Of a DNA stretch of 64,000 nt, positions 23,771 through 37,110 are shown piece after piece. The position numbers were made by a program, and so were the translations under genes. Location: assembly GCF_006345805.1 (NCBI RefSeq), contig NC_042997.1, forward strand, positions 16,926,001 to 16,990,000, in the 5' to 3' direction. Each line of letters starts with the position of its first letter. Position 1 is the first letter of the stretch. The notes beneath the pieces are model-generated. The model did not search any database. It was not told the origin of the DNA and saw only the letters and a program-made list of their open reading frames with translations. The DNA comes from Octopus sinensis (lineage: Eukaryota).

Positions 23771-23839
23771 GCTGTCCATACATACAGATATGTCCTCTAC
23801 ATTCCTCTCTCAGCAGAAGGGTCCTAGTTTTGTGGGATT

Positions 23840-24005
23840 GTGGATGTGGGCACCATGTAGAAGCGCCCATGCTGGTGCCACATAAAAGTGCTCATAATGG
23901 TGCCACGTAAAAGTGCCTGTGCCACATAAAAAACACCCAATACACTCTGTGAAGTAGTTGGCATTAGAAAGAGCATCCAGCTGTAGAAAACATGCCAAAA
24001 TAGAC
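23840..24005 (+). mobile_element. RTE 3' UTR segment with short gtgccac(a/g)taaaa repeats
   Basis: Three gtgccac..taaaa units followed by tacactctgtgaagtagttggcattagaaagagcatccagctgtagaaaacatgccaaa. Confidence 0.7.
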
Positions 24006-24053
24006 ATGAAGAATATATATATATTTATATATATTTATATATATATATATATA

Positions 24054-24200
24054 TGAGGGGGGATGAAAAGTTTCTGACTTTGGGTAAAAAAGAAAATACT
24101 AAAGAATTAATTAGTTAATTATGATTTTATTCAATATATTTCTCTCTTAGATTCACACACTTATTGCAGCACTTCTTCAGTTTTTCTAAGTCCTGTAAAA
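24054..24200 (+). mobile_element. Probable mariner (irritans/Hsmar2-like) left terminus
   Basis: TA followed by TGAGGGGGGATGAAAAGTTTC resembles the irritans-type TIR CGAGGGGTCTTCAAAAAGTTC. No matching right TIR was seen. Confidence 0.4.
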
Positions 24201-26015
24201 GCCTGTGTCAAACCGTCCAACCCATATCAGCATGGAAAATTAAGTATGATGATCATGATGATGATGATATATACATATATGTACATATAAATATATATGT
24301 GCATGTGTGTGTATATCTAGATAATGGCACTTACCAGACTAGTCTTCAGGATTTTGAAATCATCATATAACAACACATTAATTTATATACGTATACATAT
24401 ACATTAATGAATTAAATAGGAACTAGTTAAGATGTAGTGTAAGTAATATTATTTTGTATATTTTGTAAACCATACAATTTAAAAGATAAGATGTGACATC
24501 TACCTTGAAGGGATTCAATTCACAAATTATTTATATGTGTGTATGTATGTGTGTGTGTGTGTATATGTATATATTGTTATGAGTGTAATATATGTATATA
24601 ATATGCATATACACACATACACACACACATATATTTGTAAATATATACACTGAGAGAGAGATAGAGAGATATATATATATAGAGAGAGATAGATAGAGAG
24701 AGAGAGAGAGAAGGGTAAAGAAGCCAATCAATGTTTCACTCCATCATTACCCAGAGTTTTTCAACACATACACAGAGTATGTTTATACGCTCCTTCAGAT
24801 GATATAGTGGCTGTGGAATATGATTACTGTTATATTTGTATGTACACTTGTAAGCTTAGTTTTCATTGTTTAAATCTGATCAGGCAGTTGAGCTTGTTGC
24901 AGTTTGTAGGCCCACTTTGCCAGTGTTAATGTGGTTTAGAGAGGTGAAATAGGGTTGTCACCTTAAGGGCAATTATTCTGCAAAAGCTGACTGAAACTAA
25001 CTGAAGCTGATAAGTTTTATGCATTGCAATGTTTGGGTGTTAGGGAATTTTGGGAATTTTTCAAGCAGAATATCTACCACTGAGAGCAACTGGGTAACAC
25101 TTTTGATCACCTGTTAAGAGATGTCTCAGGTTACCTCAGGAAATAGTGCTTTTTCAGTTTGATTAGTTCTACAGTTTTGTGCCTCTTTGAATGTATGGAT
25201 TGACTCTGTGAATGAAGTCCTATTATGTCCTGCAGCAAACTCAACAGCTCCGGTATAAACTTAGTTTACATGATTATGGCATATAACTGTTACTTGATTA
25301 ATCTAATATTAAGGTATTATTCATCTTTTTCAGGAGAGTTTCAGTCTACTACTGTTAGTATTGTATATGGAAATTAATTTCATAGTTAATGCTTGTGTTA
25401 TATTATTTCCAATTTTACATGTCTGATCTATTTTTATCCAGTGTGTTTAAAAATTACTTAAGTTTTTCTATTTGTAAAATATCAAAAATCATTTGAGCAT
25501 TTAAAACCTCATTATTCTTTATTATTAATGAGAATGCAAAAACCATAGTGAGTACAAAAGGTTAATGATAATAATCAGATGATAGAAACGTTGGCTGTTA
25601 CATGCAAAAATGGTAAAGACATTGATTATAATAGGTAATAAGGATATATATGACGTGATAGATAGGTTCCATTGGAGCAATGTTCACAATGAGAAAGCAT
25701 AGTCCAAATGGAATGCTAATTGCTTGATGAAACTTGTGTCATACACAGTTCTCAAAGCAGTTCTCTCCACACATTTCAAATCTCAAGTCAGTTTCAGTTA
25801 ATGCTTTGACTCAAACTGAAATACTGAATGTCTATATGGGTAACCACAACAACATGCTGGGTAAAGATCCTATTCATTAATGCAAATGTGTTTAACTATC
25901 TCTTTATGTAAGGTACATCAGTTATCTACACCAGTTCATCATACATCAATGTAGAAACAGTAACTATCATATTAATAAAATAGTTATCGTGCTTAAAATC
26001 AGAAAATCACTTGAT

Positions 26016-26229
26016 CTAGTTATAACAAACTAGAAGCAATCTAGTTATAACAAATTAGATGTAATTTAGGAGTTTAACAGAACACACTAAAATCAATCTA
26101 GTTATAAGAAACAAGAAGCATTCTTATTATAATAAACTAGTAGCAAACTAATTATAATAAAGTAGAGGCAATTTTGTTAAAATAAACTAGAAAAATGTCT
26201 AGTTAAAGCAAACTAAGAGCAATCTTGTT
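26016..26229. repeat. Degenerate 25-bp minisatellite (~8 units)
   Basis: Consensus CTAGTTATAACAAACTAGAAGCAAT, with units starting at 26016, 26041, 26098, 26123 and 26148. Confidence 0.8.
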
Positions 26230-26712
26230 TTAAGGATACCAGTTCTGCTTTTGCTTAAGCCATGCCAGCATGGAAGATGAACATTAAATGATAATGATGA
26301 GGAGGATAATAATTCAGATTTTTAATGGTAAACAATTATTAACAGATATTAAAATTAAATGAGTGAAGTATGGGTGTGCTATAAAATAAGGAAACTATTT
26401 CTGGTAAACCAGCATGGATGAAAATAGAAACAGTGTTGTCTGAATGGAGGTAAGATTACTGGAATATCAAATCAAATTTAAAATTACTTGCCACTAGTTT
26501 CAACATCATTAGACCATCATCATCCATGATATTGTGAAGACAACTATTTTGTACACTATCTTTAATGTGGTTGGTAAAGAAGAATTTTGTATAAGTTTAT
26601 AGGTTTGAAAAAGTAATGGCTCAAAATCTTTGTCAATTACTGTTTTAGATATCTGTAGTAAATTGAAACATTAACATCAAGAAAGTTAGGAGATGGCAAA
26701 TTTGTCTCTTAC

Positions 26713-26997
26713 CTTTTACTGTTAGATTTGCTTTTGACATTTTCATGTCCATGTCCAGTATTACCATACAGGTATAAACACCTGCATCTTGAAAAGTAAC
26801 AGATTTTATTGTTATGTTTGTTTTTAGTTCATTTGTTTTGTATTTTTCAGTGTTTGTCAAATTAAGTATTACATCATTGTGCTTCCACTTAATTTCAAAC
26901 TTCTTTAGTTCTAATGAATTTGGCATACATACAAAGTTTGTGTCTTCTCCGACATTTGCCACTTTGCTCTCTGGTTTGTTCTCAATATTCAAGTATG
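26713..26997 (-). CDS. Internal coding exon encoding one immunoglobulin (I-set-like) domain of an unidentified Ig-superfamily gene
   Basis: Acceptor ctctttcttgcag|CATAC at 26998 and donor GTAAAAG|gtaaga at 26712. The exon is 285 bp, phase 1-1, as is typical of Ig exons. The peptide xYLNIENKPESKVANVGEDTNFVCMPNSLELKKFEIKWKHNDVILNLTNTEKYKTNELKTNITIKSVTFQDAGVYTCMVILDMDMKMSKANLTVK has the B-strand Cys, C-strand Trp and DxGxYxC motif, plus three N-x-T sequons. Confidence 0.9.
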
Positions 26998-28092
26998 CTG
27001 CAAGAAAGAGAGAAAAAGTGTTGTTAAAATATTTTAAAATTTAGAGGGGTTAATTAAGGGAAGAACAAAATAAAGACATTTAAATGACATATAATTTGAG
27101 TGGTCTAAGAGTGTATAAGGACAATAATCATGAAGACAAAAATATTAGTAACAACTGAGTATTTCTTCTCTTTAGCTTAAACATATTTAAAAACTATGTT
27201 TTTGAGATGATTTATGCTAGTTTCATGGGGAATACACTAATAAACATTTTGAGACCTTCTTTAAATGTCCCTAGACATTATGGAAGAAAACCTGAACTTT
27301 TCTCTGCCAGAATAGTATGCAAAAATCATGAGTGAGGAAAGTCAAACTGATTGAATAAAAGGTCGTAGATTAGTGCATATAATAAATTAAACTGCATTTT
27401 GTATATGCAAACATTTATGGAAACAATTTTTTGATCAGAAAAAATTCTTCATGCAAAAACTGAAAATGTTTCCGTGTGAAGAATTTATTAATTCAAATGC
27501 TGTATGAATGAATAAATTATGTAATGTTTTCTATAATTTTTGTTGAAAATGATATATGCATCAGTTGCTGCACAAGTATATATGGCACAGTTTTATAACT
27601 AAAAATGTCATCATGAAAATTATATAAATTTTATATAATAAAATTTGGGTTACACTGGAGGCTGGGTTTTGTGATTTTATATTCAAATGCAAGAGCTGCA
27701 CTGTATCTCTGGGGAAGGCAATAAACTCTGCATGTGCTATTGCTGGAATAATGTTGTACTGTGTCAAATAAAGTTATCTTGTAACCAATGATTTTATACA
27801 ATGATAGCAATGTTGCACTGTCTTCATTCATGTTTCCTTAGCAGCTGTGACAGGTTTTTATAGGCTGGTGTTTAGTTATATTGAGTAAATGTGATGTAAA
27901 TATCCCTTTGGATTAGAAACTAGTCTATTTCAAGTACCATTCCCAGATAATCTCATATGTATTCCAACAACTAGAACTGTGGAATGTAGAAGAAAATCTT
28001 TTATCTAAATACATAACAAACTGAACTGGTAGTCTGATACCATATCCTTTTAGACAGCCCTTTAGATATAAAAGTATATATATATATATATA

Positions 28093-28237
28093 TCATCATC
28101 ATCGTTTAATGTCTGCTTTCCATGCTAGCATGGGTTGGATGATTTGACTGAGGTTTGGCGAACCAGACTCCAATCTGATCTAGTAGAGTTTCTACAGCTG
28201 GATGCCCTTCCTAACACCAACCACTCCGAGAGTGTAG
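28093..28237 (-). mobile_element. RTE-type 3' tail
   Basis: (cat)n cgtttaatgtctgctttccatgctagcatgggttgga...gtttctacagctggatgcccttcctaacaccaaccactccgagagtgtag, nearly the same as 16690-16850. Confidence 0.8.
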
Positions 28238-30974
28238 GCATATGTATTTATGATAGGTCTGGAAAATTCTGACAAAGATTCCAAAAGTTGCTGAGTTAGT
28301 GAGAACCAAATACATTACAGTTTCTTCCCATTTTGTTTTTGATTCAAATTCTACTTGAATTTATATTTCATCGATCTAGATTTGATGAAATAAGAATCAG
28401 TGGTATTCCTCAACAGACAAAAAAGGCCTTAGAATTCATATAAGAAATAAATTTTACATAAATTTACATAATTTTGAATTATTATACTGAAACAAGATCT
28501 CAAAATTTTTAAGGAAGGGAAGAAGCAAATGTTTAGCTGATCATGTATTTCTGACTGGTTTATTGATTGAAATAGAAGTGAAATTACAAGAGCTAAAAAA
28601 ATAAAACTTGACAGTGAATTGAGTTTGCTAGGATCTACAATTAAAATCAACCTGATTGGTCTCAGAGAGTTGGCAAACCAATAGGCACACCAGACTAAGC
28701 CAATAAACAAAAAGAGCATTCCTCAACATTACATTATGAAAATATATTAAAAATTAGAGATATTTTTGTGTTGTATTTTGTAGTATTTTGCATGGTATAT
28801 TCAGCTTCTGGTGAGTTGAGTTAATGGTGTGACTTTAATTTCTAGAAAACATTTCCCTTTGCTTGTGAAAAGTATGAATTACAAATTCTGTTTTCTCCTC
28901 TAAAATATGGGACTTTTTTTTATCTTTCAAAAGGAAATCAATTTTACAAATTCTTGTGAAGCAATGAAAATGGTCTTGTTCTAGTAAGAAATTCTTACAA
29001 AACACTATTAAAATGTAAATTACTATACTAAATGCATGGTGGTAGAAAACTAGTTCCTGTATAAACATAATTTTAGTAATGCCATCAAACTAGTTTTATA
29101 TGAGCAAAATAAAAAGATACTGAAAATAAAGATATATAAGGAAATGTCATTCTTTAAACGCTGAAATAGACTGGGAGGATGGTAAATGTGTGTGTGTGTT
29201 TTACATAGTCATAAAATTTATAGAAATAAAATCTGACTAGCTGATGCTGTTGTCTTTCTCAAGAGCAGTAGCAATGCAAATAATGTGAATAGCTAAAATG
29301 AAAACCAAGGCATACACTTATTTTGCAATAAGTTTACTCTCTTCTCTAATACTTTCTGTGTTATAGATAAATATAAAGTAGAGACACTCTGTCTGAATAA
29401 CAGGCTGGGAGTCAGTTCAATCTACTATTGAAAGCACATTGCATCTTTGGGTTTACATAAATTATTTTATGGAAATGCTATCTCAGCTTAGGAAAATCTT
29501 AAGGATTTAGAACAGAAGAAAAAAAAAAAGAAAAAAGTAGTATATGAGGTTGCAGGGGAAACATACACTCTGACATTCCATGCAAATATATGAATTTGTA
29601 GAATAATCTAATTCATGTTGAAATGAAACTTTAGATTGAAATCATCTTAAAGAAAATTGTTTAATATATAAACTTAGTAAGTTAAACAGCAATTTCTTAC
29701 TTAGAAAAACAATTTCTTTAAAAATTTAAAGCCAAAAATAAACTAGATAAAAACCAACATGTTCAAGTTCAATTAAAGCCCAAATGAAACACACAAGAGG
29801 ACGTTTTAAATGGAAATTATTCTGCTGAAATTTATTCCTTATTATGGTAGTTAATTATTTTAATTTCTGTTCTTGCCATTAAACTTCATACATAAGTTTA
29901 CATACATACATACATACATGCATGTATGCATGCATACATATATCCATCCATCCATCCATCCATCCATACATACATACATACATACATACATACATGCATG
30001 CATGCATACATGCATACATGCATGCATGCATGCATGCTTGCATAAGTTAGTGGCATTATATATCTATTGCTAAATATATCTGTATGGCAGTACTAACAAT
30101 GCAATGTGTATCTGTTTATGCCTTATCTTTCTGAAAATGTTTTTCCATTTATGCCTTTATGTTGTATCTATTCATTTGATTATGCAGTATTTTATATATT
30201 TATTCTTAGTCTGTGTATTGTGCTTCTTATGCATGCTTGCACATGCACACATGCATACACAAACACATACATACTCATTTGCATTTATGTTTGTATATGC
30301 TTGCACAAATTATGTATATGATTGAGGAATGGAAATGTTTCGACATAGTTTGTAGCATTTATGTTTTATATTTGTGTATGTGTGTGTATGTGAGCATGTG
30401 TGTATGTGTTTTGTCTTCATTTATTCCCAAGTGTTCATTGTCTGTGCAGTAATGAAGTTTAGGCTGACAAGCAACATCACACAGAGTACATGACTTGACT
30501 GATAAAGTAGCCAGTGTATTTTGTGAACATTCATGTATGCACAACATTGCTAGCTGGTGTAAATAATCTGGCAGGAGACCAGAAAATCCAGGTAAAATTG
30601 GAACTAAATTCAGCATGAGCTGAGTTATTGGATGGAAGAGTGAGAGTTTTGTTGAACCACACAGCAAATGAAGAGAAGATAGTTTAGTAGTTAAAGAACA
30701 ATGAGAGCATGGCAGAAAAGCAGGAATTCTAGGAAGACAGATGGATAATGAATGAGAAACTAAGAAGGGACATTCAAATAAAAACAAAAAAGGGAAAATG
30801 TGAATGCAGTAAATGTGGGGAGGGTAAGATAGATGTATGTGAAGGAGGAGATATTTTGCATTTCTTGCCAAAGAAAGTAAAATAAATATACATATAAATA
30901 AAAAATAAAAATAACAAATAAAAATCAGTAGCAACAACAATAGAAACAACAAAAAAATCAGTAAAACAGAAATG

Positions 30975-30983
30975 ATGATGATG

Positions 30984-31041
<58 letters not shown>

Positions 31042-31050
31042 TAATAATAA
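30975..31050. repeat. (AAT)n microsatellite
   Basis: Direct reading; it produces the poly-I start of ORF 30359-31078. Confidence 0.95.
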
Positions 31051-32819
31051 TATCCAAATACAAATGTGATTTTAACATGCTGGCTGTGTTTCTATAATAT
31101 TTTTCTGTTCGTTCACACTTGTTTTACAACAGCTTGTACAGTTACTTCTGATATACAGAGTTATATATTGTGGTTATATATTGCTATTGCACTATGTTTC
31201 TCTGCTTCTCTATTTTCATCTCACCACAGCTCATACATCTACTTGTGATATATAAAATATGATAATGGAAAATTTCTTGCCATCCATTGCAGTATGTGTC
31301 AATAAATCTTTAACTTTCTTTTATAACTCTATGAAATGGCTAACCAATATTCTGCTCGTATGTGTATGTCTTTCATATGTGAGAATGTGTTGGGAAGTCA
31401 GATGGGAGGGGGTGCAGATGTGAGTACAGCAAAGTTATGTTTAAATATGTTTTAGAAATTAAACTGGCTATGGGAAATATATTATCAATTTATCACCCAG
31501 CAATATATCTTCCCTGCAGCCATATGGTAAGTTTTAAAATAAATGATATTTTTTGGTGTGCTTACTTTATTATATGATTCTTTTTATTATTTTCCACTTT
31601 TAAATGCTAGAAAATATTGTTATTGTTTTTCTTTTAAGAATAAATTCTTTAATAAATAAAAGAACAAGTTTAGTACTTTCTGGAAATTTATCAATATTAA
31701 CATTTCATATCTGAATTTCTGTGTTGTTTTTAAAATATTTAAGTTTTTCCTGGAGATTTGCTTTCATCAATATCAATGTGGGAAATAATATTATCTCAGT
31801 TGTATTGCATTGGATCTGTTGTTGATTTTAGTTAATTAAATTGATTTAGAGAATAGAGGTGAATGAAATGAGTATGTTCAAGAGAGTGCAGAATGTTAAC
31901 CTATGAATAAAATTTATCACAAGTAGATTATCAATGATATAGTGTGATCATACATTGATCAATGACTTTCTACAATCCATTGATGAATTTAAATAGGAGA
32001 GATAACTACACAAGGATATATATTCATTTCGTTTTTACATCAGTTTTCCATGCTAGTATGGGTTAGAGGAGTATATTATTTAGGCATTGTTTCACAGTTG
32101 CACACTCCTCTTCCTGTTGCTAACCCTTACATGTTTTGCAGGTAAGGAAAGATCAAAATGTGTGTGTATGTGTGTGTATGCACGTATGTGTGTGTTTGCA
32201 TGTGTGTGAGTGTGCCAGTGCATATGTATATAAGTATACTTGTGTATATGCATGTATCTATATCTGTTTCGTTATCTTTCATTGATTGTGAGCAAGCAGA
32301 GGTTGTTGGTGAGAGAGAGATAGAGTTTATAGATTTTTCTGGTCTTGTTTGAGAACATAACTGTCTCTCTTGTGCTGGTGCCATGATGATTCTCCTATTA
32401 CACTCTATAAAATAGTTATGTTAGAAAGGGCATCCAGCTGTAGAAACCAAACTCAAGATGAAATATACAAGTAAAGTTTTATCCTCTGACTTAAGAGTGC
32501 AATAACTCTGAAAAAGAACTAACTCAGACTGTGACAACATGTCCAACCATACCAATTTAGAAAGTGGGCATAATATTATATATATATATATATATATATT
32601 GTCATATTTTGGGATGGTCATTTTTTTTCCCTTGTCAAATAAACACATGCACTATATATTTATTCTTCACTAATTTATTATTGTTCTTATTTTTCTTATG
32701 CCCATAGTCTGGAAATTTTTTGTCACACATCTGTGACCTCGTCAGTGACTCTTGCATCCATGTGTATCCTCCTGTTCGGTTTTGCTCATGGACTAAATTG
32801 GAAGTGTTGTTATTTGAAT

Positions 32820-33175
32820 AAGAATAGGATGGAGGAACTTCAGAGAGCTATTACCTCTGTTGGCAACAAAAGGCCCCTCTCTCAAGCAGATTGATGCTTG
32901 TGTATGAATGGCTATGCTCCATACTAATGAGATTCAGGCCCTGAATGCAGATGTAGCATGATAGAAAGAAGACTATGATGGTTTGTACATGTGATGCATA
33001 TGAATGAAGAAAGCTGTATAAAGAAGTGCTGATTGCTTAATGTGGACAGCATCTGTGGGAAAAGGAGACCCAGAAAGACATGGGATGAAGTAGAGAGGGC
33101 TGATCTCAAGATGTTGAACCCCGTGACAGACCAGGATATCTGATGATATGAGCTTCTTGTGAAGACCCACCTATC
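32820..33175 (+). mobile_element. RTE LINE C-terminal fragment with internal deletions
   Basis: RIGWRNFRELLPLLATKGPS... and ...CGKRRPRKTWDEV, co-linear with the 23260-23700 segment. Confidence 0.8.
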
Positions 33176-33479
33176 TTAGTGAAACTAAATTCTGGAAGTG
33201 CTGCATTTCCCTTTCCTTCTCTCCCCATTTGCTCATGCACCTTTTCCAGTCCTCTACCACTCCATTTACTTTTACCTCCTTGTACTTTGAGGGTCCAACC
33301 TAGCACATTACCATCTCTCTCTGCCTGTCTCTGGTTGGGGTAACCATGTATATCCTCTACAGTATGAGACTTTTTTCTGTCTCTGTATCATAGTTAAATC
33401 TCTCATCACTTGGCATAAATCCACCGCACTTAACATCATTCCCTTTCTCAGTTGACGGATCTTTGTCTTGCAAAAGTTA

Positions 33480-33709
33480 CTTGGTGACCTTGTCCATGCT
33501 GATACTATATAAAAAGCACTCAGGACACTCTGTAAAGTGGTTGGGATTAGGAAAGGATCCAACTGTAGAAACCATGCCAAAGCAGACTGTGGAGCTTGTT
33601 GCAGTCCTTGGTTTTGCCAGCTTGTGTCAAACCATTCCAACCAATGCTAGCATGGAAGACAGTTGTTAAATATATGAAATGATAAATGATAAAGATGATG
33701 ATGATGATA

Positions 33710-33715
<6 letters not shown>
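33480..33715 (+). mobile_element. RTE-type 3' tail
   Basis: aaaaagcac...acactctgtaaagtggttgggattaggaaaggatccaactgtagaaaccatgccaaagcagac...ccaaccaatgctagcatggaagacag...(gat)n. Another copy lies at 53025-53300. Confidence 0.75.
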
Positions 33716-33766
<51 letters not shown>

Positions 33767-34869
33767 TATATACATACAATTATGTATACATGCTAGTAAA
33801 TAATGTATAGCATAGAAAATGATATAGCAAATTAATAGAAATTGCTTGTAGTTAAAGTAGGCATAGAAAAATTGTTATTAAATAGGTTAGTTCTGAGAAA
33901 ATCTAGTTTCTATGATGAAATAACATGGATCGAAGCCACTTCCAAAATTGTAATATTGCAGAGCTATCCAATGCATGTTTAAATAATGATCTAGTGATAA
34001 TTATGGTCACACTTTGGACAGAGACCATGCTGATAGCTTATATGGTATATCTGTTTCATAAATGAAAAGTGGACAATAAAGCTAACAAATTCATTGAGAG
34101 AAAGATGAAGTAAGGTTTGTTGGATGTGCAATATGAAATTGAATGACAGAACTGAGTGCAAATAAGATAATGAAGTAAACATATCACAGGGGTGGTTGGC
34201 ATGTGCAACAGAGATAAATAACCTCAGTGATATAGAGATGTAAGGTGATGTATTTAGATAGAGAATCTTGAAAACTGGTAGTAAATGATGGGTTTGTCAG
34301 AGGTGAAACTAAGGAATGAGTTAAGCATTGATAGTTAGATCAGTCCTGTGAAAGTTGGGCCTCATAGAAGAATTAATTAAATATTGGAACAAAGGGAAGA
34401 TATTATTAGTGAGACTGAGCTGAAAATGATTATCAGTTCCATGATGATGAGTTTGCGCAAACACTTTGAAGTAGAGCAGAGCACATGATTGTTAGGAATA
34501 TTATCCATCTTACAAACCAATTAAAAGAATATGTAAAAAGAAAAAAAAATAACATTTAAAATAAGAATACAAATTGATTTGTTGTGTGTCAAGCATATGA
34601 AGGATTTTGTGTATGCCATCAGCATTTTAGTTACATACTATCAGTTTCTGAATTATAACAAGTTTCAACCTACTATATGCATCTGATGTTTCCTGTAAAG
34701 CATGAAGGGGCTCTCCAACATACAATAATCTTAATCCTGGATCTACCTCTGTATACACACACACACACACACACACACATACATACACACACACATGTGT
34801 AGAGGAGTAGATCCAGGAAATATCTAATATATATTATATAAATATATGTGTTTATCTGTCTGTGATTCT

Positions 34870-35080
34870 TAGGTGTCTTTGTTTGTCCTCCACCACAGTT
34901 TGACAATTGATGTTTGTTTGTTTATATCCCCCATTATTTAGTATTTTGGCAAAAAAGACACCAATAGAATAAGTGCCAGGTGTAACAAAATTTGTAATGG
35001 GGTATTCAGCTGAACCCTTCAAGGATGTGCCCCAGCAAGGCTACAGAATGATTACTTAAAGAAATAAAAAATAAAAGATA
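34870..35080 (+). mobile_element. Family A SINE 3' half
   Basis: gtttgtcctccaccacagtttgacaattgatg...ggcaaaaaagacaccaatagaataagt...ccttcaaggatgtgccccagcaagg... Confidence 0.6.
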
Positions 35081-35132
35081 TATATATATATATCATCATT
35101 GTTTAACATCTGTCTGCCATACTGGCATGTAT

Positions 35133-35237
<105 letters not shown>

Positions 35238-35276
35238 AGAGATGTATATATATGTGAGTATATGTGTGTGTGTGCA

Positions 35277-35525
35277 CCACATGGTTCTAGTTTCAGTCCC
35301 ACTGCACCTTGAGGAAGTGTCTTCTACTATAGCTCTATAGTCCTGGGCTGACCAAAGCCTTGTCAGTGGACTTAATAGAAAGAAACTGAAAGAATCTCTT
35401 GATATATATAAATATATAGGAATATATCTATGTGTATGTGTGTTTGTCACCCACCACTGCCTGACAACTTGAGTTGGTTTGTTTACATTCCTGTAACTTA
35501 GCATTTTGACAAAAAGAGACCAATA
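35277..35525 (+). mobile_element. Family A SINE (partial)
   Basis: ccacatggttctagtttcagtcccactgcaccttgaggaagtgtcttctactatagc...gggctgaccaaagccttgtcagtggacttaatagaaagaaactgaaagaa. Confidence 0.7.
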
Positions 35526-36177
35526 CCATTTTCATCATCATTATCATAATCTAATATCTGTCTGTCTGTCTATCTATCTATCTATTTAACTGTCTATCTA
35601 TACATATGTGCATGTGTATCTATCTGTCTACCTGTCTGTCTGCCTACCTGCTTGCTTGTATGTATATATGTATGTATTTGTAATAGAATGAACAGATTTG
35701 TCTATGTTATATTTTATATCTTTTATTTTATAGAAAATATCCCTATTTGTCCTCTGGCACAGTGTGAACGCTTTTCCATAATAGAAAGGTGGGAAATGGG
35801 TGGGTGTTGTAAAGAGTTTGTTTTATTGCCTAAAGGTCAGCAGAAATACTGATTTCTGGATATAAGTATATTGATTTTAGCATAATGATATTGATACATA
35901 GATTTAGTGTTATCGATTCAGTTTGATATGGATATATTGATTTCTGATATATATATGTGTGTGTGCATGTATGTATACATACATATGCCAATATTGATAT
36001 ATTCATATTGAACTGCTAGTTCAGATTACATGTATACATTATACACATAGCATACATGCACATATACATGCATATGGACACAGACCCACCCCAGGTACAC
36101 ATATATATTTATACACACATATTTTTATACATAAACACCTACATACTCTTACCTATATCTATTGGTGTATGTGTGTG

Positions 36178-36209
<32 letters not shown>

Positions 36210-36482
36210 CTAACTCATATATAATTATTTAATTATGTTATGTATTGATTAGAAGATACTGAATGGAGAGATCGAAATAGCTCTAATCTGTTGATAGAGA
36301 TTAACTGGTATAGTGAGCTCTATTGATATAAGTATAATGCTATCTGGGTGATGATATATTGATCTTCTCTAATCAATATGGTTATATTAAACCAAATGAA
36401 TGATCTATTGTTAAAGATACGCTTACATACAAGTGTATATTTGCTTTGTATGTTTTATGTATATGTGTATGTTTATATATGA

Positions 36483-36531
<49 letters not shown>

Positions 36532-36588
36532 TATATGCATAAATATATACACATATATATATATTTTATGTGTGGAGAGAAAGGGGGG

Positions 36589-36628
<40 letters not shown>

Positions 36629-36881
36629 AAGAGTTTGTCTATATGTTGATAGATATTTACATCAACATCGTTTTATGTTTGCTTTCAGTTCAGGTAGGCA
36701 CTGCACAGACCCTCACAATCAGAGTTAGCATTTATCATGAAGTAATGTTTACTTGGATGTTTTAGGAGACCTCATCTCATTCATATTCCATTTTTGGTTT
36801 GGTTTCTATAACTGGATGCCCTTTTCTAGCATCTAAATCTTTATTTAATGTACTAGGTATTTTCTTTCATGGCACTACCTA

Positions 36882-37110
36882 TTTCTTTATTACCCACAAG
36901 GGGCTAAACACAGAGGGGACAAACAAGGACAGACATAGGTATTAAGTCGATTACATCGACCCCAGTGCGTAACTGGTACTTAATTTATCGACCCCGAAAG
37001 GATGAAAGGCAAAGTCGATCTCGGCGGAATTTGAACTCACAACGTAAAGACAGACGAAATACCGCTAAGCATTTCGCCCGACGTGCTAACGTTTCTGCCA
37101 GCTCGCCGCC
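36882..37110 (-). mobile_element. Young, intact tRNA-derived SINE (family B; central domain resembling the Meta-domain type)
   Basis: Minus strand: ggcggcgagctggcagaaacgttagc (A box) ... gtgagttcaaattccgcc (B box) ... gactttgcctttcatcctttcggggtcgataaattaagtaccag ... taataaagaaa tail. CpGs are retained. Decayed relatives lie at ~38700-38830, ~63085-63230 and ~11810-11880. The domain name is from memory. Confidence 0.85.

Noticed and set aside
27561-27831. Segment KITLFDTVQHYSSNSTCRV with Ig E/F-strand-like spacing (possible second or decayed Ig exon)
   Set aside because: It lacks DxGxY, there is an in-frame stop just upstream, and no B-strand Cys or C-strand Trp is in frame. The similarity is probably chance.
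30359-31078. Longest ORF in the track (239 aa, minus strand)
   Set aside because: The first third is (ATT)n-derived poly-Ile; the rest is L/S/H-rich antisense of purine-rich sequence, with no domain motif or splice support.
36990-37110. tRNA-like A/B boxes here and in other SINE heads
   Set aside because: They are SINE promoters attached to SINE bodies; no complete cloverleaf or anticodon arm, so they are not called as tRNA genes.
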